NCBI GenBank assembly: GCA_959028445.1
Contig: CAUFRY010000001.1
Coordinates: forward strand, 45,940-109,939
Origin: an uncultured Collinsella sp.
GTDB taxonomy: Bacteria; Actinomycetota; Coriobacteriia; Coriobacteriales; Coriobacteriaceae
Direction: 5' to 3'
DNA length: 64,000 nucleotides
Within the stretch, counting starts at the first letter, position 1, and the number at the start of each line of letters is the position of its first letter. This document shows, piece after piece, positions 40,238-49,700 of the stretch. A model generated the notes under the pieces. That model was not told the DNA's origin. It did no database searches and saw nothing but the letters and a program-made list of their open reading frames with translations. A program made the position numbers and the translations under genes.

Positions 40238-40759
40238 CTATTCTGCTAGACCGTCGGCCTTTGCAATCCCGTTTGTCGAACCGTCCTGATAGACAATCTT
40301 GACGTGCTCAACCTCGGAAACCGCAACACCCGTCGGAGGCTCCAGACGCCATTCCGTCAGGGCGATATCCATGGTCGTGGGCACATCTCCTTGATCTTTG
40401 AGCTTCACCGTCAGCGTTTTGAGCGCCGCGTCAAACGTCACGCGTTCGATTTCTTCACCTGGAATGGACCCACCACTCAGCTGCAACTGCACAAACTCAT
40501 CGCGCGGGTACCAATAATCGCCCGGAATGGCGAGCGTATTGGCATTACCGCCGGTACTCCTCACCGTCATAATCGGTAGGCCATCATCAGCCTCGAACTC
40601 CCATACAGCGCCGCCACGACCACCAAACGTCCAGACACAACAGGCAATCACCATCACGACAAGGATCGCAAAACCGATTGCGACCAGCCCATGATGGGCA
40701 CGGCCCTCCTCGGCCGACACGTCCCACTGTGTCTCTCGATATAGATGCTTGTCTTCCAT
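40238..40759 (-). CDS. Hypothetical single-pass membrane protein
   Basis: Start MEDKHLY after GGGGAGG, one TM helix, extracytoplasmic beta-rich domain. Confidence 0.65.
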   Translation of the reverse strand: MEDKHLYRETQWDVSAEEGRAHHGLVAIGFAILVVMVIACCVWTFGGRGGAVWEFEADDGLPIMTVRSTGGNANTLAIPGDYWYPRDEFVQLQLSGGSIPGEEIERVTFDAALKTLTVKLKDQGDVPTTMDIALTEWRLEPPTGVAVSEVEHVKIVYQDGSTNGIAKADGLAE

Positions 40760-40831
40760 GTTCGCCTCCCCACAGGCACGCTCGTTGGCCCAATCGTACC
40801 CATTCAGGCTATACTTGAGCCCATTACATAA

Positions 40832-40926
40832 ACGGGGAGCTTGCAGGACAAGACGGCAGGCTGAGATTGGGCGCGCCCGCCCTGACCCGCAAACCTGATA
40901 TGGGTAATGCCAACGAAGGGAGCCGT
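40832..40926 (+). promoter_or_regulatory. TPP riboswitch
   Basis: GGGGAGC..GCTGAGA..GACCCGCAAACCTGAT..GGTAATGCCAACGAAGGGA directly before thiC, overlapping its RBS. Confidence 0.93.
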
Positions 40927-40930
40927 GCCA

Positions 40931-42265
40931 ATGAGCACACAGACCGAGCCCAAGCTCGTCACGCAAATCGACTTCGCCCGTGCCGGGCAGATCACGCCGC
41001 AGATGAAGGAAGTCGCCGAGCGCGAGCATCGCGACCCCGAGTACATCCGCGAGCGCGTGGCCGACGGCCGCATCGCCATTCCCGCCAACATCGTGCATAT
41101 CAAAAAGGGCATGCGCGCCTTTGGTGTCGGCGAGGGCCTTTCCACCAAGGTCAACGTGAACTTGGGCATCTCGGGCGACAAGGCCGATGCCACCGAGGAA
41201 TGGAAGAAGGTCAAGATCGCCGAGGACTTTGGCGCCGACGCCATCATGGACCTCTCCAACTCGGGCAAGACGCGCCAGTTCCGCCAACAGCTCATCGACG
41301 AGACGCCGCTCATGGTAGGCACCGTCCCCATGTACGACGCCATCGGCTACATGGAAAAGCCGCTGGTCAAGCTCACCAAGGACGACCTGTTCGAAGTCGT
41401 GCGCGCGCATGCCGAGGACGGCGTGGACTTTATGACCATTCACTGCGGCATCAACAAGTCGGTCACCAAGACCTTTAAGGAGACCGGCCGCCTGATGAAC
41501 ATCGTGAGCCGCGGCGGCTCACTGCTGTTTGGCTGGATGGAGGTCACCGGTAACGAGAACCCGTTCTATGAGTTCTACGACGAGTTGCTCGAGATTTGCC
41601 ACGAGTACGACGTGACGATTTCGCTCGGCGACTCCTGCCGCCCGGGCTGCCTCTACGACTCCAACGACGCCACCGAGACCGCCGAGATGATCGAGCTGGG
41701 CAAGCTGTGCAAGCGCGCTTGGGCCGCCGGCGTTCAGGTCATGGTCGAGGGCCCGGGTCACATGGCGCTCGACGAGATCGCCGCCAACATGAAACTGCAG
41801 AAGCGCCTGTGCCACAATGCTCCGTTCTATGTGCTCGGGCCGCTGGTGACCGATATCGGCGTGGGTTACGACCACATCACCGCTGCCATCGGCGGCGCCA
41901 TCTCCGCCAGCTCCGGTGCCGACTTCCTGTGCTACGTGACACCGGCAGAGCACCTATGCCTGCCCAACGCCCAGGATGTGCTCGACGGCCTCATGGCCAC
42001 CAAGATCGCCGCACACGCCGCCGACATCGCCAAAAAGGTGCCCCACGCCCGCGACATGGACGACAAGATGGGCCAGGCACGCCGCAAGCTCGACTGGGAC
42101 GCCATGTGGAAGTGCGCGCTCGACCCGGTTACGGGCAAGAAGCGCTACGAGGAGTCCCCCGCCGCCACCGAGGGTACTTGCACCATGTGTGGCAAGATGT
42201 GCGCCGTCCGCACCGTCAACAAAATCTTCGAGGGCACCACGATCGACCTCGGCATGGAGGACTAG
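40931..42265 (+). CDS. thiC: Phosphomethylpyrimidine synthase
   Basis: TKVNVNLG, IMDLS, TIHCG, VSRGGS, EGPGH, GYDHI and CTMCGKMC motifs. Confidence 0.97.
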   Translation: MSTQTEPKLVTQIDFARAGQITPQMKEVAEREHRDPEYIRERVADGRIAIPANIVHIKKGMRAFGVGEGLSTKVNVNLGISGDKADATEEWKKVKIAEDFGADAIMDLSNSGKTRQFRQQLIDETPLMVGTVPMYDAIGYMEKPLVKLTKDDLFEVVRAHAEDGVDFMTIHCGINKSVTKTFKETGRLMNIVSRGGSLLFGWMEVTGNENPFYEFYDELLEICHEYDVTISLGDSCRPGCLYDSNDATETAEMIELGKLCKRAWAAGVQVMVEGPGHMALDEIAANMKLQKRLCHNAPFYVLGPLVTDIGVGYDHITAAIGGAISASSGADFLCYVTPAEHLCLPNAQDVLDGLMATKIAAHAADIAKKVPHARDMDDKMGQARRKLDWDAMWKCALDPVTGKKRYEESPAATEGTCTMCGKMCAVRTVNKIFEGTTIDLGMED

Positions 42266-42447
42266 CCCTGTCGCCGCGGCCGCTTCTGGCGGCGAGCCGG
42301 TGCCTGTCAATTGTTGACGTGTGAACATTTGCTTGCATTTGCGTAAAGATTGCATCGCCCGCCCGGGTTCGACATAGAGTCGGCCCGGGCATCTTTATAA
42401 TGCTGGCTTATAGACCCATTTGATTCCGACCGAACAAGGGAGCGAAC

Positions 42448-43278
42448 ATGGATCGCAGTAAGGTACCTGCCGTTCTATCCATCGCAGGATCCGATTCCAG
42501 CGGTGGCGCCGGCATTCAGGCCGACATCAAGACCATCACGGCGCACCGCCTGTATGCCGAGACGGCCATCACCGCTATCACCGCACAGAACACCCTGGGC
42601 GTCACCGCCGTGCAGAACATCTCCCCGGATATTGTCGCGGCACAGATCGATGCCGTTTTTGACGATATCCGCCCCAACGCCGTCAAGATTGGCATGGTTT
42701 CCTCTGCCGAGATTATCGAGGTTATCGCCGACCGCCTGAGCGCTTGGAACGCGACAAACGTGGTAGTCGACCCCGTCATGGTAGCCACCTCGGGCGCACG
42801 GCTGATTGCCGAAGATGCCGCCGAGGCGCTCACCCGCCGCCTGTTCCCGCTAGCGACGGTTATCACGCCCAATATTCCCGAGGCCATGGCCCTGCTCGAC
42901 TACGAGGTCGACTCCGAGCGCACGCAGCAAAATGCTGCCATGCTCCTCACCCGCCGCTTTGGTTGCGCATCCTTCGTTAAGGGTGGGCATCTTGTCAACG
43001 AGGCCAACGATGTACTGGCCGAACCCGCGCCACTCGATGACGAGGGCAACCATCTGGGCGATCCGCTCACCACGTGGTTCCGCCACAAGCGCATCGAGAC
43101 CGACAACACACACGGCACCGGCTGCACGCTCTCGTCCGCCATCGCCTGCGCGCTGGCGCAGGGCATGGATCTTGCCGACGCCGTCAACGCGGGCAAGGCC
43201 TACCTAACGGGCGCCCTCGCCGCCGGCTTTGACATGGGCAAAGGCTCTGGCCCCGTCAACCACATGTGGCAGTATTAA
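42448..43278 (+). CDS. thiD: Hydroxymethylpyrimidine/phosphomethylpyrimidine kinase
   Basis: IAGSDSSGGAGIQADIK, VDPVM and THGTGCTLSSAIA motifs. Confidence 0.95.
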   Translation: MDRSKVPAVLSIAGSDSSGGAGIQADIKTITAHRLYAETAITAITAQNTLGVTAVQNISPDIVAAQIDAVFDDIRPNAVKIGMVSSAEIIEVIADRLSAWNATNVVVDPVMVATSGARLIAEDAAEALTRRLFPLATVITPNIPEAMALLDYEVDSERTQQNAAMLLTRRFGCASFVKGGHLVNEANDVLAEPAPLDDEGNHLGDPLTTWFRHKRIETDNTHGTGCTLSSAIACALAQGMDLADAVNAGKAYLTGALAAGFDMGKGSGPVNHMWQY

Positions 43279-43338
43279 GATTCTTAGCCCAAAACCGCCG
43301 CAAAGGGGACAGGCACCTTTGCGGCGGCTCCCACAAAC

Positions 43339-43556
43339 ATCTCGATCTGTAACAGTTAGAGCCCATTTTTCAGCCCACCTGTTATAGATCGAGACATTCA
43401 AATTCCACTGAGAAGATAATCTCGATGTGTAACAGCAACTCGGCAAAATCGACCCTAGATGTTACAGATCGAGACAAACGACCGATATCGACCTAAATAA
43501 TCTCAATCTGTAACATCTAACCCATTTTCGGCCTTACAACTGTTACAGATCAAAAC
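43339..43556. repeat. Array of six alternating inverted 17-bp repeats with ~40-bp spacing
   Basis: ATCTCGATCTGTAACA-type units at 43339, 43419 and 43500. Inverse TGTTACAGATCGAGA-type units at 43379, 43459 and 43540. Confidence 0.85.
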
Positions 43557-43610
43557 AAACCAACGAAACAAGCCGTCGCAAGGGGAACTTTTGTACTGCT
43601 TTGGGTCGCG

Positions 43611-44269
43611 CTACTCACCGAGCATCTCTTGGAGCTTGGCTGCCACGGCGTGGCCCAGGTTCTCGTGGCTTTCGGGCATCATGTGCAGATAATCGATATC
43701 GCCCGGCTCGGCAAAATCGGCGGCATTCAAAAAGTCGCAGCCAAACTGCTCAGCCACATGCGCGTAGTACTCACCAAAATGTTCCGAGGCCTCGACAGAG
43801 CGCTCGTCAAAGTCGGTCATGTACACATCGGCGATTGCGGCTTGATCTTGATAGGTGCCATCAGCAGAATGCGCGGGCAGGGCGCGGCATCGGTCCATGC
43901 AAACGCACGGACGGCGCGAATTAACGCCATGGCGCCGCGGGCAATATCGGAAGCCGTCACGCCGAAGACCGTCTTGCAATCGTTAGTTCCCAGCATAATA
44001 ACGATCGCATCCAGCGGCTTATGGGCCTCGAGCAGCATCGGAAGCGCGCGGATGCCGTTAAGATTGGTGTCCAGATGGCACATGTCGTCGCGTACCGTCG
44101 TGCGGCCGTTGAGGCCTTCTTCAATTACATGCCAGCCCTCGCCTAAGTCACGTTGGGCCACGCCGCACCAGCGCACATCCTGCGCATAGCGCACCGCGGT
44201 GCCGTCGCGCATGCCCGCTGGATCGTAACCATAGGTGTTGCTGTCGCCAAAGCATAGAACGTTTTTCAT
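43611..44269 (-). pseudogene. SGNH/GDSL hydrolase, frameshifted near 43835
   Basis: GDSNTYG, EEGLNGRT and MLGTND in one frame, DYLH in another. AAG CCG CAA TCG appears to lack one A. Confidence 0.75.
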
Positions 44270-44347
44270 CTTGAGCTCCCCATTCGGTAAAAAGCCGACG
44301 GGGGCGATCCCTCCCGTCGGCTTGGCATATCACATCGCGCGCACCGC

Positions 44348-45481
44348 TTACAGGTACTTGCGCCAGTCATCGTCATCCTCGTCGTCCTCGGCAGCAACCT
44401 GGGCCTGCTCGGCGGCACGGGCGGCTGCGGCGCGGGCGGCAACCTGAGCATAGGACTCCTCGTTGCGCTCGGGGAAGTTTGCCAGCACGTTCTCGAACTT
44501 GGCGAAGTCCTCGTCCCAGCGCGTAGAGGGCACAGCAAAGAAGACCTGCTTGACCTTGAAGTCGCCCGATGCGAGCTCTTTGCGGAAGAGCTCGGCCACG
44601 GCCTCGGCGTCAAAGCCGTTGTTGTCGCAGCCCCATGCGCCCAGCACGAGTTTCTCGCGACCCAACTCGTCGCAGATGGCGAGCACAAAGCGGATGCGGT
44701 CGCGCAGGGCATCCAGCAGAGCATCGTCGCTCACGCGATACTCCTGGCGGGCGCGCTTAACGTTGGGCGCGGCGGCCACGATCACGTCGGCGTACGCATG
44801 CACGTGGTTGCGGTCGAAGCGCACCGCAGGCACCACTAGGGCGCGGTTACGATAGAGCTCGCAGTTGATGTTGCGGCGACGGTTCTCGCCGTACCACTTA
44901 CGCTGCTTATCGAGAACGTTGTACAGATACGAATCGGCGCACAGCGTGGCCTCCTGGCCCAGATAACCCTGAATATAGCCACCGCCCGGGTTGGTGAACG
45001 AGGCAAAGGCGAGCACGGCCATGTCGCAGAACTGCGCATAGCCACGACCGTTGTCTAGGATGGCCTGTGTGGCGGAGGCATCGAGCACGGTGACCTCAGG
45101 CAGAACCGGAGCGGGCTCCTCAGCAGGCGCGGACTCAGCTTCGGCGATTTCCTCGGCAGGCTCCTCGACGGGCTCAGGCGCTGCCTCGGTCTCGGGCGCC
45201 GCCTCGGTCTCGGCAGCCTCCGCACCCTCGACGTCCTCGGCAACCTGTTCTTCGGCGGCCACAGCAGTCTGAACCTTGGCCTTCATCGCCGCGACAAAGT
45301 CAGCAGGCATACCGTCAAACTCGCGAACACCGGCAAGCGAACGCTCGATATCCTTGGCGCACGCTTCGGACACAGTTGCCACGTGACGCTCGGCGGCCTT
45401 GGCACGGGCCTCGCGCTTGGGATTGGGCTGACCCGCTCGGTTGGACCTGCGGTTACGGTTCCTGTTGTCGACGTCTGCCAT
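44348..45481 (-). CDS. TIGR02452 / bacterial PARG-like macrodomain protein with acidic N-terminal linker
   Basis: FASFTNPGGGY..GQE.TLC, AAAPN and LVLGAWGC motifs. Confidence 0.78.
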   Translation of the reverse strand: MADVDNRNRNRRSNRAGQPNPKREARAKAAERHVATVSEACAKDIERSLAGVREFDGMPADFVAAMKAKVQTAVAAEEQVAEDVEGAEAAETEAAPETEAAPEPVEEPAEEIAEAESAPAEEPAPVLPEVTVLDASATQAILDNGRGYAQFCDMAVLAFASFTNPGGGYIQGYLGQEATLCADSYLYNVLDKQRKWYGENRRRNINCELYRNRALVVPAVRFDRNHVHAYADVIVAAAPNVKRARQEYRVSDDALLDALRDRIRFVLAICDELGREKLVLGAWGCDNNGFDAEAVAELFRKELASGDFKVKQVFFAVPSTRWDEDFAKFENVLANFPERNEESYAQVAARAAAARAAEQAQVAAEDDEDDDDWRKYL

Positions 45482-45618
45482 ACGTGGCCACCTTTCCTGT
45501 CGCTGCCGCTATCGGCTTTTCCCATCCATGATACCCCGCCGCGTACAAAAAAGACGGCCCCGAAGGACCGCCTTTCGCATCGATTTACACGCACGGCAAG
45601 CGCCGCCGCAATTCGCCA

Positions 45619-46314
45619 CTAGTCGCGACGGCCAAGGATGTTCAGGATGCGCAGGAACACGTTGATAATGTCCACGAACAGATTGGACGCCATGAGCACG
45701 GCGTTGGGCAGCGTAGGCGGCACCGTCGTGGCAACATAGGTGTCGTAGCCAATAAAGCCGGCGAACACCACGATCACGATCAGATCGGTGATGGTCTGTG
45801 AGACGCCCATGAACATCAGCACGATCTCAACCAGAATAGTAGCGAGCAGAATGCCAAAACCGATGCCATATACGCGCTGGAAAAACTTGGGGAACGTCAC
45901 GCCCAAGGCGCCAAAGACAAAGGTGATGGCGGCCGTGGCGATAAAGGCAGTGTTGATGGTGGGCAGGTCGTAGTTGGCAAGGCCAAACGACGCGGTCAGG
46001 CCAAAGGTGCTCGCAAAGATTACGTAGCCCACAAGGGACAGGCCCACGGACTGCTTGCTGGCGGCGGCCGACATCATGACCATGCCGACGATGGTCAAAA
46101 TAAACGAGCCAAAAACCAGCGGTAGGGCAGCCCCGCTCATCATCATGCGCGCAAACGACATGGTGCTCGTAAAGTAAGCACCGACGCCCATGGCACAAAA
46201 GCCCAAGAAGATGAGGGCAGACATGGCAAGATTATACGCACGCGGCGACATCTCCTTGGCACGGCTTGCGCCGGTTTCGATGGGGCCGTTCTGATAGCCC
46301 TGAATATCGTTCAT
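45619..46314 (-). CDS. Bax inhibitor-1/YccA family membrane protein
   Basis: About seven TM segments, GFIGYDT and LFVDIINVFLRIL motifs. Confidence 0.85.
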   Translation of the reverse strand: MNDIQGYQNGPIETGASRAKEMSPRAYNLAMSALIFLGFCAMGVGAYFTSTMSFARMMMSGAALPLVFGSFILTIVGMVMMSAAASKQSVGLSLVGYVIFASTFGLTASFGLANYDLPTINTAFIATAAITFVFGALGVTFPKFFQRVYGIGFGILLATILVEIVLMFMGVSQTITDLIVIVVFAGFIGYDTYVATTVPPTLPNAVLMASNLFVDIINVFLRILNILGRRD

Positions 46315-46393
46315 AATTTCGTCCTTTCAAAAGCGCCGCGACAGCGCAGTAGCTGACAAGATTCCTGTCATTGTACCCGAATGCCGTACGTCC

Positions 46394-46732
46394 TTACCTA
46401 CGGCGCTCGCCCTCGAGCGTGCGATCAAAGGCCCAGACCCACCAACGCATCACGTGTGCCTGCGAGCCGTCCGCCCGCTCGCGCGTCTGGTCCTCCAGAT
46501 ACAACTCGGTCGCGTGCCCGCCAAAACGCACCTTATAGGTTGCCGTACGGATGCCGTGGACCATCAGGCCAAACCCGGTGGTCGAGATAATTTCGTCAAT
46601 CGTAAAGCAACGACCGTCGACCCAGCAGACGGTGACCGGCACGACCTGTCCGCCCGCGAGGATGCGAGCCACGACGTCCACATACTGCTTGTGCACGCGC
46701 CGAGTTTTGCCATCTGTCTGTCGATATTCCAT
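46394..46732 (-). CDS. Small hypothetical protein, probably SOS-regulated
   Basis: RBS AGGAGG. KQYVDV..PVTVCWVDGRCF.IDEI..LYLE..RWWV pattern. Confidence 0.7.
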   Translation of the reverse strand: MEYRQTDGKTRRVHKQYVDVVARILAGGQVVPVTVCWVDGRCFTIDEIISTTGFGLMVHGIRTATYKVRFGGHATELYLEDQTRERADGSQAHVMRWWVWAFDRTLEGERRR

Positions 46733-46744
46733 GCCTCCTATTAT

Positions 46745-46758
46745 CGAACGCATGTTTG
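46745..46758. promoter_or_regulatory. Putative LexA (SOS/Cheo) box
   Basis: CGAAC-GCAT-GTTTG matches the Gram-positive CGAAC-N4-GTTYG consensus, about 12 nt upstream of the ATG. Confidence 0.7.
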
Positions 46759-46982
46759 CATATTGTAAAGCGAACAGACTGTGGTTTTGGGATGTTGGGG
46801 CACGCACACGTGTCCTCATGGTGTGTTAGCAAAAAGAACACCCGCGGTCAACAGGGCTAATATTCAATATTAGTGCCAAAAAATTCACTTCTCCCATCAG
46901 AACTCGGTAAAGAAACCCGCAGGAGGTGATACGATTTATCATGTTTTTGTAACGTGCCTGCAAACTTCGAGAAAGCCCATAT

Positions 46983-48032
46983 ATGGACGTAACGTTCTCA
47001 ACCTTCCTCGGCCAAATTGTGTCGAACCCAGTCCTTGCCGTCACCGTGATCCTCGCGCTCGGCGCCATCTTCGTCAATGGATGGACCGACGCGCCCAACG
47101 CCATCGCGACCTGCGTCACTACGCGTTGCATGCCCGCCCGCGCCGCCATTCTCATGAGCGCCGCATTCAACTTCCTCGGTGTGCTCATCATGACGCACTT
47201 TAATGCGAGCGTCGCCAATACCATCTCGCATATCGTCGACTTTGGCGGAAACAGCACCATGGCGCTCGCCTGCCTGTGCGCGGCCCTGTTCTCCATCGTC
47301 GTCTACGGCGCCACAGCGTCGCGTTTTGGCATCCCCACCTCGCAAAGCCACAGCCTTATCGCCGGCCTGACCGGTGCCGCTATCGCCCTCGGCGGCGCGA
47401 GCAGCGTCAACGTCCACGAGTGGATGAAGGTCATCTACGGCCTGGCGCTCTCCATCGGCCTGGGCTTTGTCATGGGCTGGGTCCTGTGCAAACTCGTCTC
47501 GATTCTTTTCGCCGCCGCCAACAGGCGACGTGCCAATGTCTTCTTTAAATACGCTCAGATCGCGAGCGCTGCGGCCATGAGCTTTATGCACGGCGCGCAG
47601 GATGGACAGAAGTTCATCGGCGTGCTCTTTTTAGGCGTGGCCTTCGCAAACGGCCAGACCAGCGTCGGCGATGCCGGCATCCCCATCTGGATTATGCTGC
47701 TGTGCTCGGCCACTATGGGTATCGGTACCAGCGTGGGCGGTGAGCGCATCATCAAGTCCGTCGGCCAGAGCATGGTTAAGCTCGAGAAGTATCAGGGCTT
47801 CTCCGCCGACCTCGCGGGCGCCGCGAACCTGCTGCTTGCCACCCTTACCGGCATCCCCGTGTCCTCCACACACATCAAGACCTGCGCCATCATGGGCGTC
47901 GGTGCCGTCAAGCGCCTCTCGGCCATCAACTTCGGAGTCGTCAAGGACATGATGTTCACCTGGTTCTTCACCTTCCCCGCCTGCGGACTCATCAGCTTTG
48001 TCATGGCCAAGCTGTTCATGATGTTCCTCTAA
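46983..48032 (+). CDS. PiT-family inorganic phosphate transporter
   Basis: NGWTDAPNAIAT, GIPTSQSHSLI, HGAQDGQK and GIPVSSTH motifs. Confidence 0.92.
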   Translation: MDVTFSTFLGQIVSNPVLAVTVILALGAIFVNGWTDAPNAIATCVTTRCMPARAAILMSAAFNFLGVLIMTHFNASVANTISHIVDFGGNSTMALACLCAALFSIVVYGATASRFGIPTSQSHSLIAGLTGAAIALGGASSVNVHEWMKVIYGLALSIGLGFVMGWVLCKLVSILFAAANRRRANVFFKYAQIASAAAMSFMHGAQDGQKFIGVLFLGVAFANGQTSVGDAGIPIWIMLLCSATMGIGTSVGGERIIKSVGQSMVKLEKYQGFSADLAGAANLLLATLTGIPVSSTHIKTCAIMGVGAVKRLSAINFGVVKDMMFTWFFTFPACGLISFVMAKLFMMFL

Positions 48033-48099
48033 TCAAACCGAACGTCCATCCGGACCGCAACACTTCGCCCACCCGTCTTCACCTCGAAAGGACCCACCC

Positions 48100-48723
48100 A
48101 TGGCAAAGAAACCCGATTCGTTCTACTTTGACAACTACGTCGCTTGCGCCGACCTCGCCGTCCAGGCCGCAGAGCTGCTCACCAAGATTTTTGAGAACTT
48201 CGATCCCGCGCAGATTCACGACATGCTCAATAAGATGCATGCGATTGAGCATGCGGCAGACAAGAAGCACCACGAGCTCGAAGACGCCCTGCTCACCGCC
48301 TTTATCACCCCGCTCGAGCGCGAGGATCTGGATCTGATGAGCTGCGCGCTCGACACCGTGCTCGACCGTATTGAGGGCGTCGTGCAGCGCGTCTACTTCA
48401 CCAACATTCAGAGCATCCATCCCGACGCCATCGTCATCGCCCACAAGGTGACTGACGCCTGCCGCGCCATGAAAGACCTGATGGTCGAGCTTCCCAACTA
48501 CCGCAAGTCCAAAACGCTGCGCGAGCTGGTCATCCAGATCAACACCATCGAGTCCGAGGCCGACGAGCTCTACATCAACGCCATGCGCAACCTGCACGTT
48601 AACGGCAAGGATCCGCTCGAGGTCATCGCTTGGCGTGACGTCTACGCCTTCCTGGAGTACTGCGCCGACTGCTGCGAGAATGTGGCCGATGTTGTGGATT
48701 CGATTGTCATGAAGAACAGTTAA
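48100..48723 (+). CDS. DUF47 (PhoU-like) phosphate transport regulator
   Basis: IEHAAD, FITPLERED and IESEAD motifs, adjacent to PiT. Confidence 0.9.
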   Translation: MAKKPDSFYFDNYVACADLAVQAAELLTKIFENFDPAQIHDMLNKMHAIEHAADKKHHELEDALLTAFITPLEREDLDLMSCALDTVLDRIEGVVQRVYFTNIQSIHPDAIVIAHKVTDACRAMKDLMVELPNYRKSKTLRELVIQINTIESEADELYINAMRNLHVNGKDPLEVIAWRDVYAFLEYCADCCENVADVVDSIVMKNS

Positions 48724-48728
48724 TTGGG

Positions 48729-48836
48729 GGTACGTGTCCCGGCGGCGAAGGGCCGGCCACGGTTTGCTTTCTCACTCCGGCTGCTTTGCAGAGTCGTTCG
48801 AAAGCAAACCGTGGCCGGCCCTTCGCCTTACGTACC
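48729..48836. repeat. Long inverted-repeat element (28-bp perfect arms)
   Basis: GGCGAAGGGCCGGCCACGGTTTGCTTTC (48744-48771) with its complement (48800-48827). Outer GGTACGT/ACGTACC. Confidence 0.85.
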
Positions 48837-49003
48837 ACCATTGGGAACTTTGGCTGATACTTTGAAAGCAATGAGGCTTTTGTTGACAGGGCCTTTGAGC
48901 CCGATTGGGAACTTTGGGACCGCCTTAAACGTTTGGCTGGATCGGGCTTTGGGTACCCTTTGTTTTGCTTTGGGTTGATACACTGAATTTGGAGGGCTTG
49001 GTT

Positions 49004-49534
49004 GTGAGTTATTTGGATCTGGCTCGGGGTCGGTATTCTTGTCGTGAGTTTGAAGATCGGGCTGTGGAGCAGGCTGTGGTGGATGCCATTGTTGAGGCTG
49101 GGCGGATTGCTCCTTCTGCTTGTAATAATCATCCTTCTCGTGTGATGGTGCTGGATACGCCTGAGCTTCTGGAGAAGGCTGCTGCTTGTCAGCCTCGGTT
49201 TGCTCGTGATGGATCTATCTTTGGCGCTCCGCTCATCTTCCTTATTTGTAGCGTTACCGAAGACGCTTGGGTGCGCCCGTATGACCAGATGAATTCCAGT
49301 GAAATCGATACGTCCATAGTGTGCGATCAGATGATGATGGAGGCCACCGAGCAGGGCCTGGGAACGTGTTGGGTATGCCATTTTAAGCCCGAGGTGGCAC
49401 AGGAGCAGTTCAACCTGCCCGAGGGCGTCTATCCCTATCACATGCTCGTCTGCGGATATCCTGCCGACCACATCGCCGATTCCGAGCATCGCGAGGCCCG
49501 TACCATTCCCCTCTCCGACTTCCTCCTCAAGTAG
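49004..49534 (+). CDS. Nitroreductase-family protein
   Basis: RYSCREF, APSACNNHP and GLGTCWV motifs. Confidence 0.9.
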   Translation: MSYLDLARGRYSCREFEDRAVEQAVVDAIVEAGRIAPSACNNHPSRVMVLDTPELLEKAAACQPRFARDGSIFGAPLIFLICSVTEDAWVRPYDQMNSSEIDTSIVCDQMMMEATEQGLGTCWVCHFKPEVAQEQFNLPEGVYPYHMLVCGYPADHIADSEHREARTIPLSDFLLK

Positions 49535-49644
49535 ATTTTGGGACATGCCCTAAAACCTATCCTTGACCGCTCACCGGTTCGCCGAGTTCTGCGCCACTAT
49601 GTGCAGGGCTCGGTTTTTTATGTTGCGCGCCCCGGTACAGTCAT

Positions 49645-49675
49645 AAAAAAGGACCCGCAAGCTGCGGGTCCTTTC
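49645..49675. terminator. divIVA terminator
   Basis: AAAAAAGGACCCGCA-agc-TGCGGGTCCTTT. Confidence 0.75.
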
Positions 49676-49700
49676 TAGGCACTAAATTGTAGGCCGAATG

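Noticed and set aside
40760..41443. N-terminal half of the 401-aa minus-strand ORF
   Set aside because: Antisense to thiC and the TPP riboswitch. The likely start is at 40759.
43339..43556. CRISPR array
   Set aside because: Repeats are short and alternate in orientation, and there are no cas genes in the window.
48840..48920. Direct repeat ATTGGGAACTTTGG (two copies 64 bp apart)
   Set aside because: Only two copies inside a compositionally skewed tract, too little to call an array.
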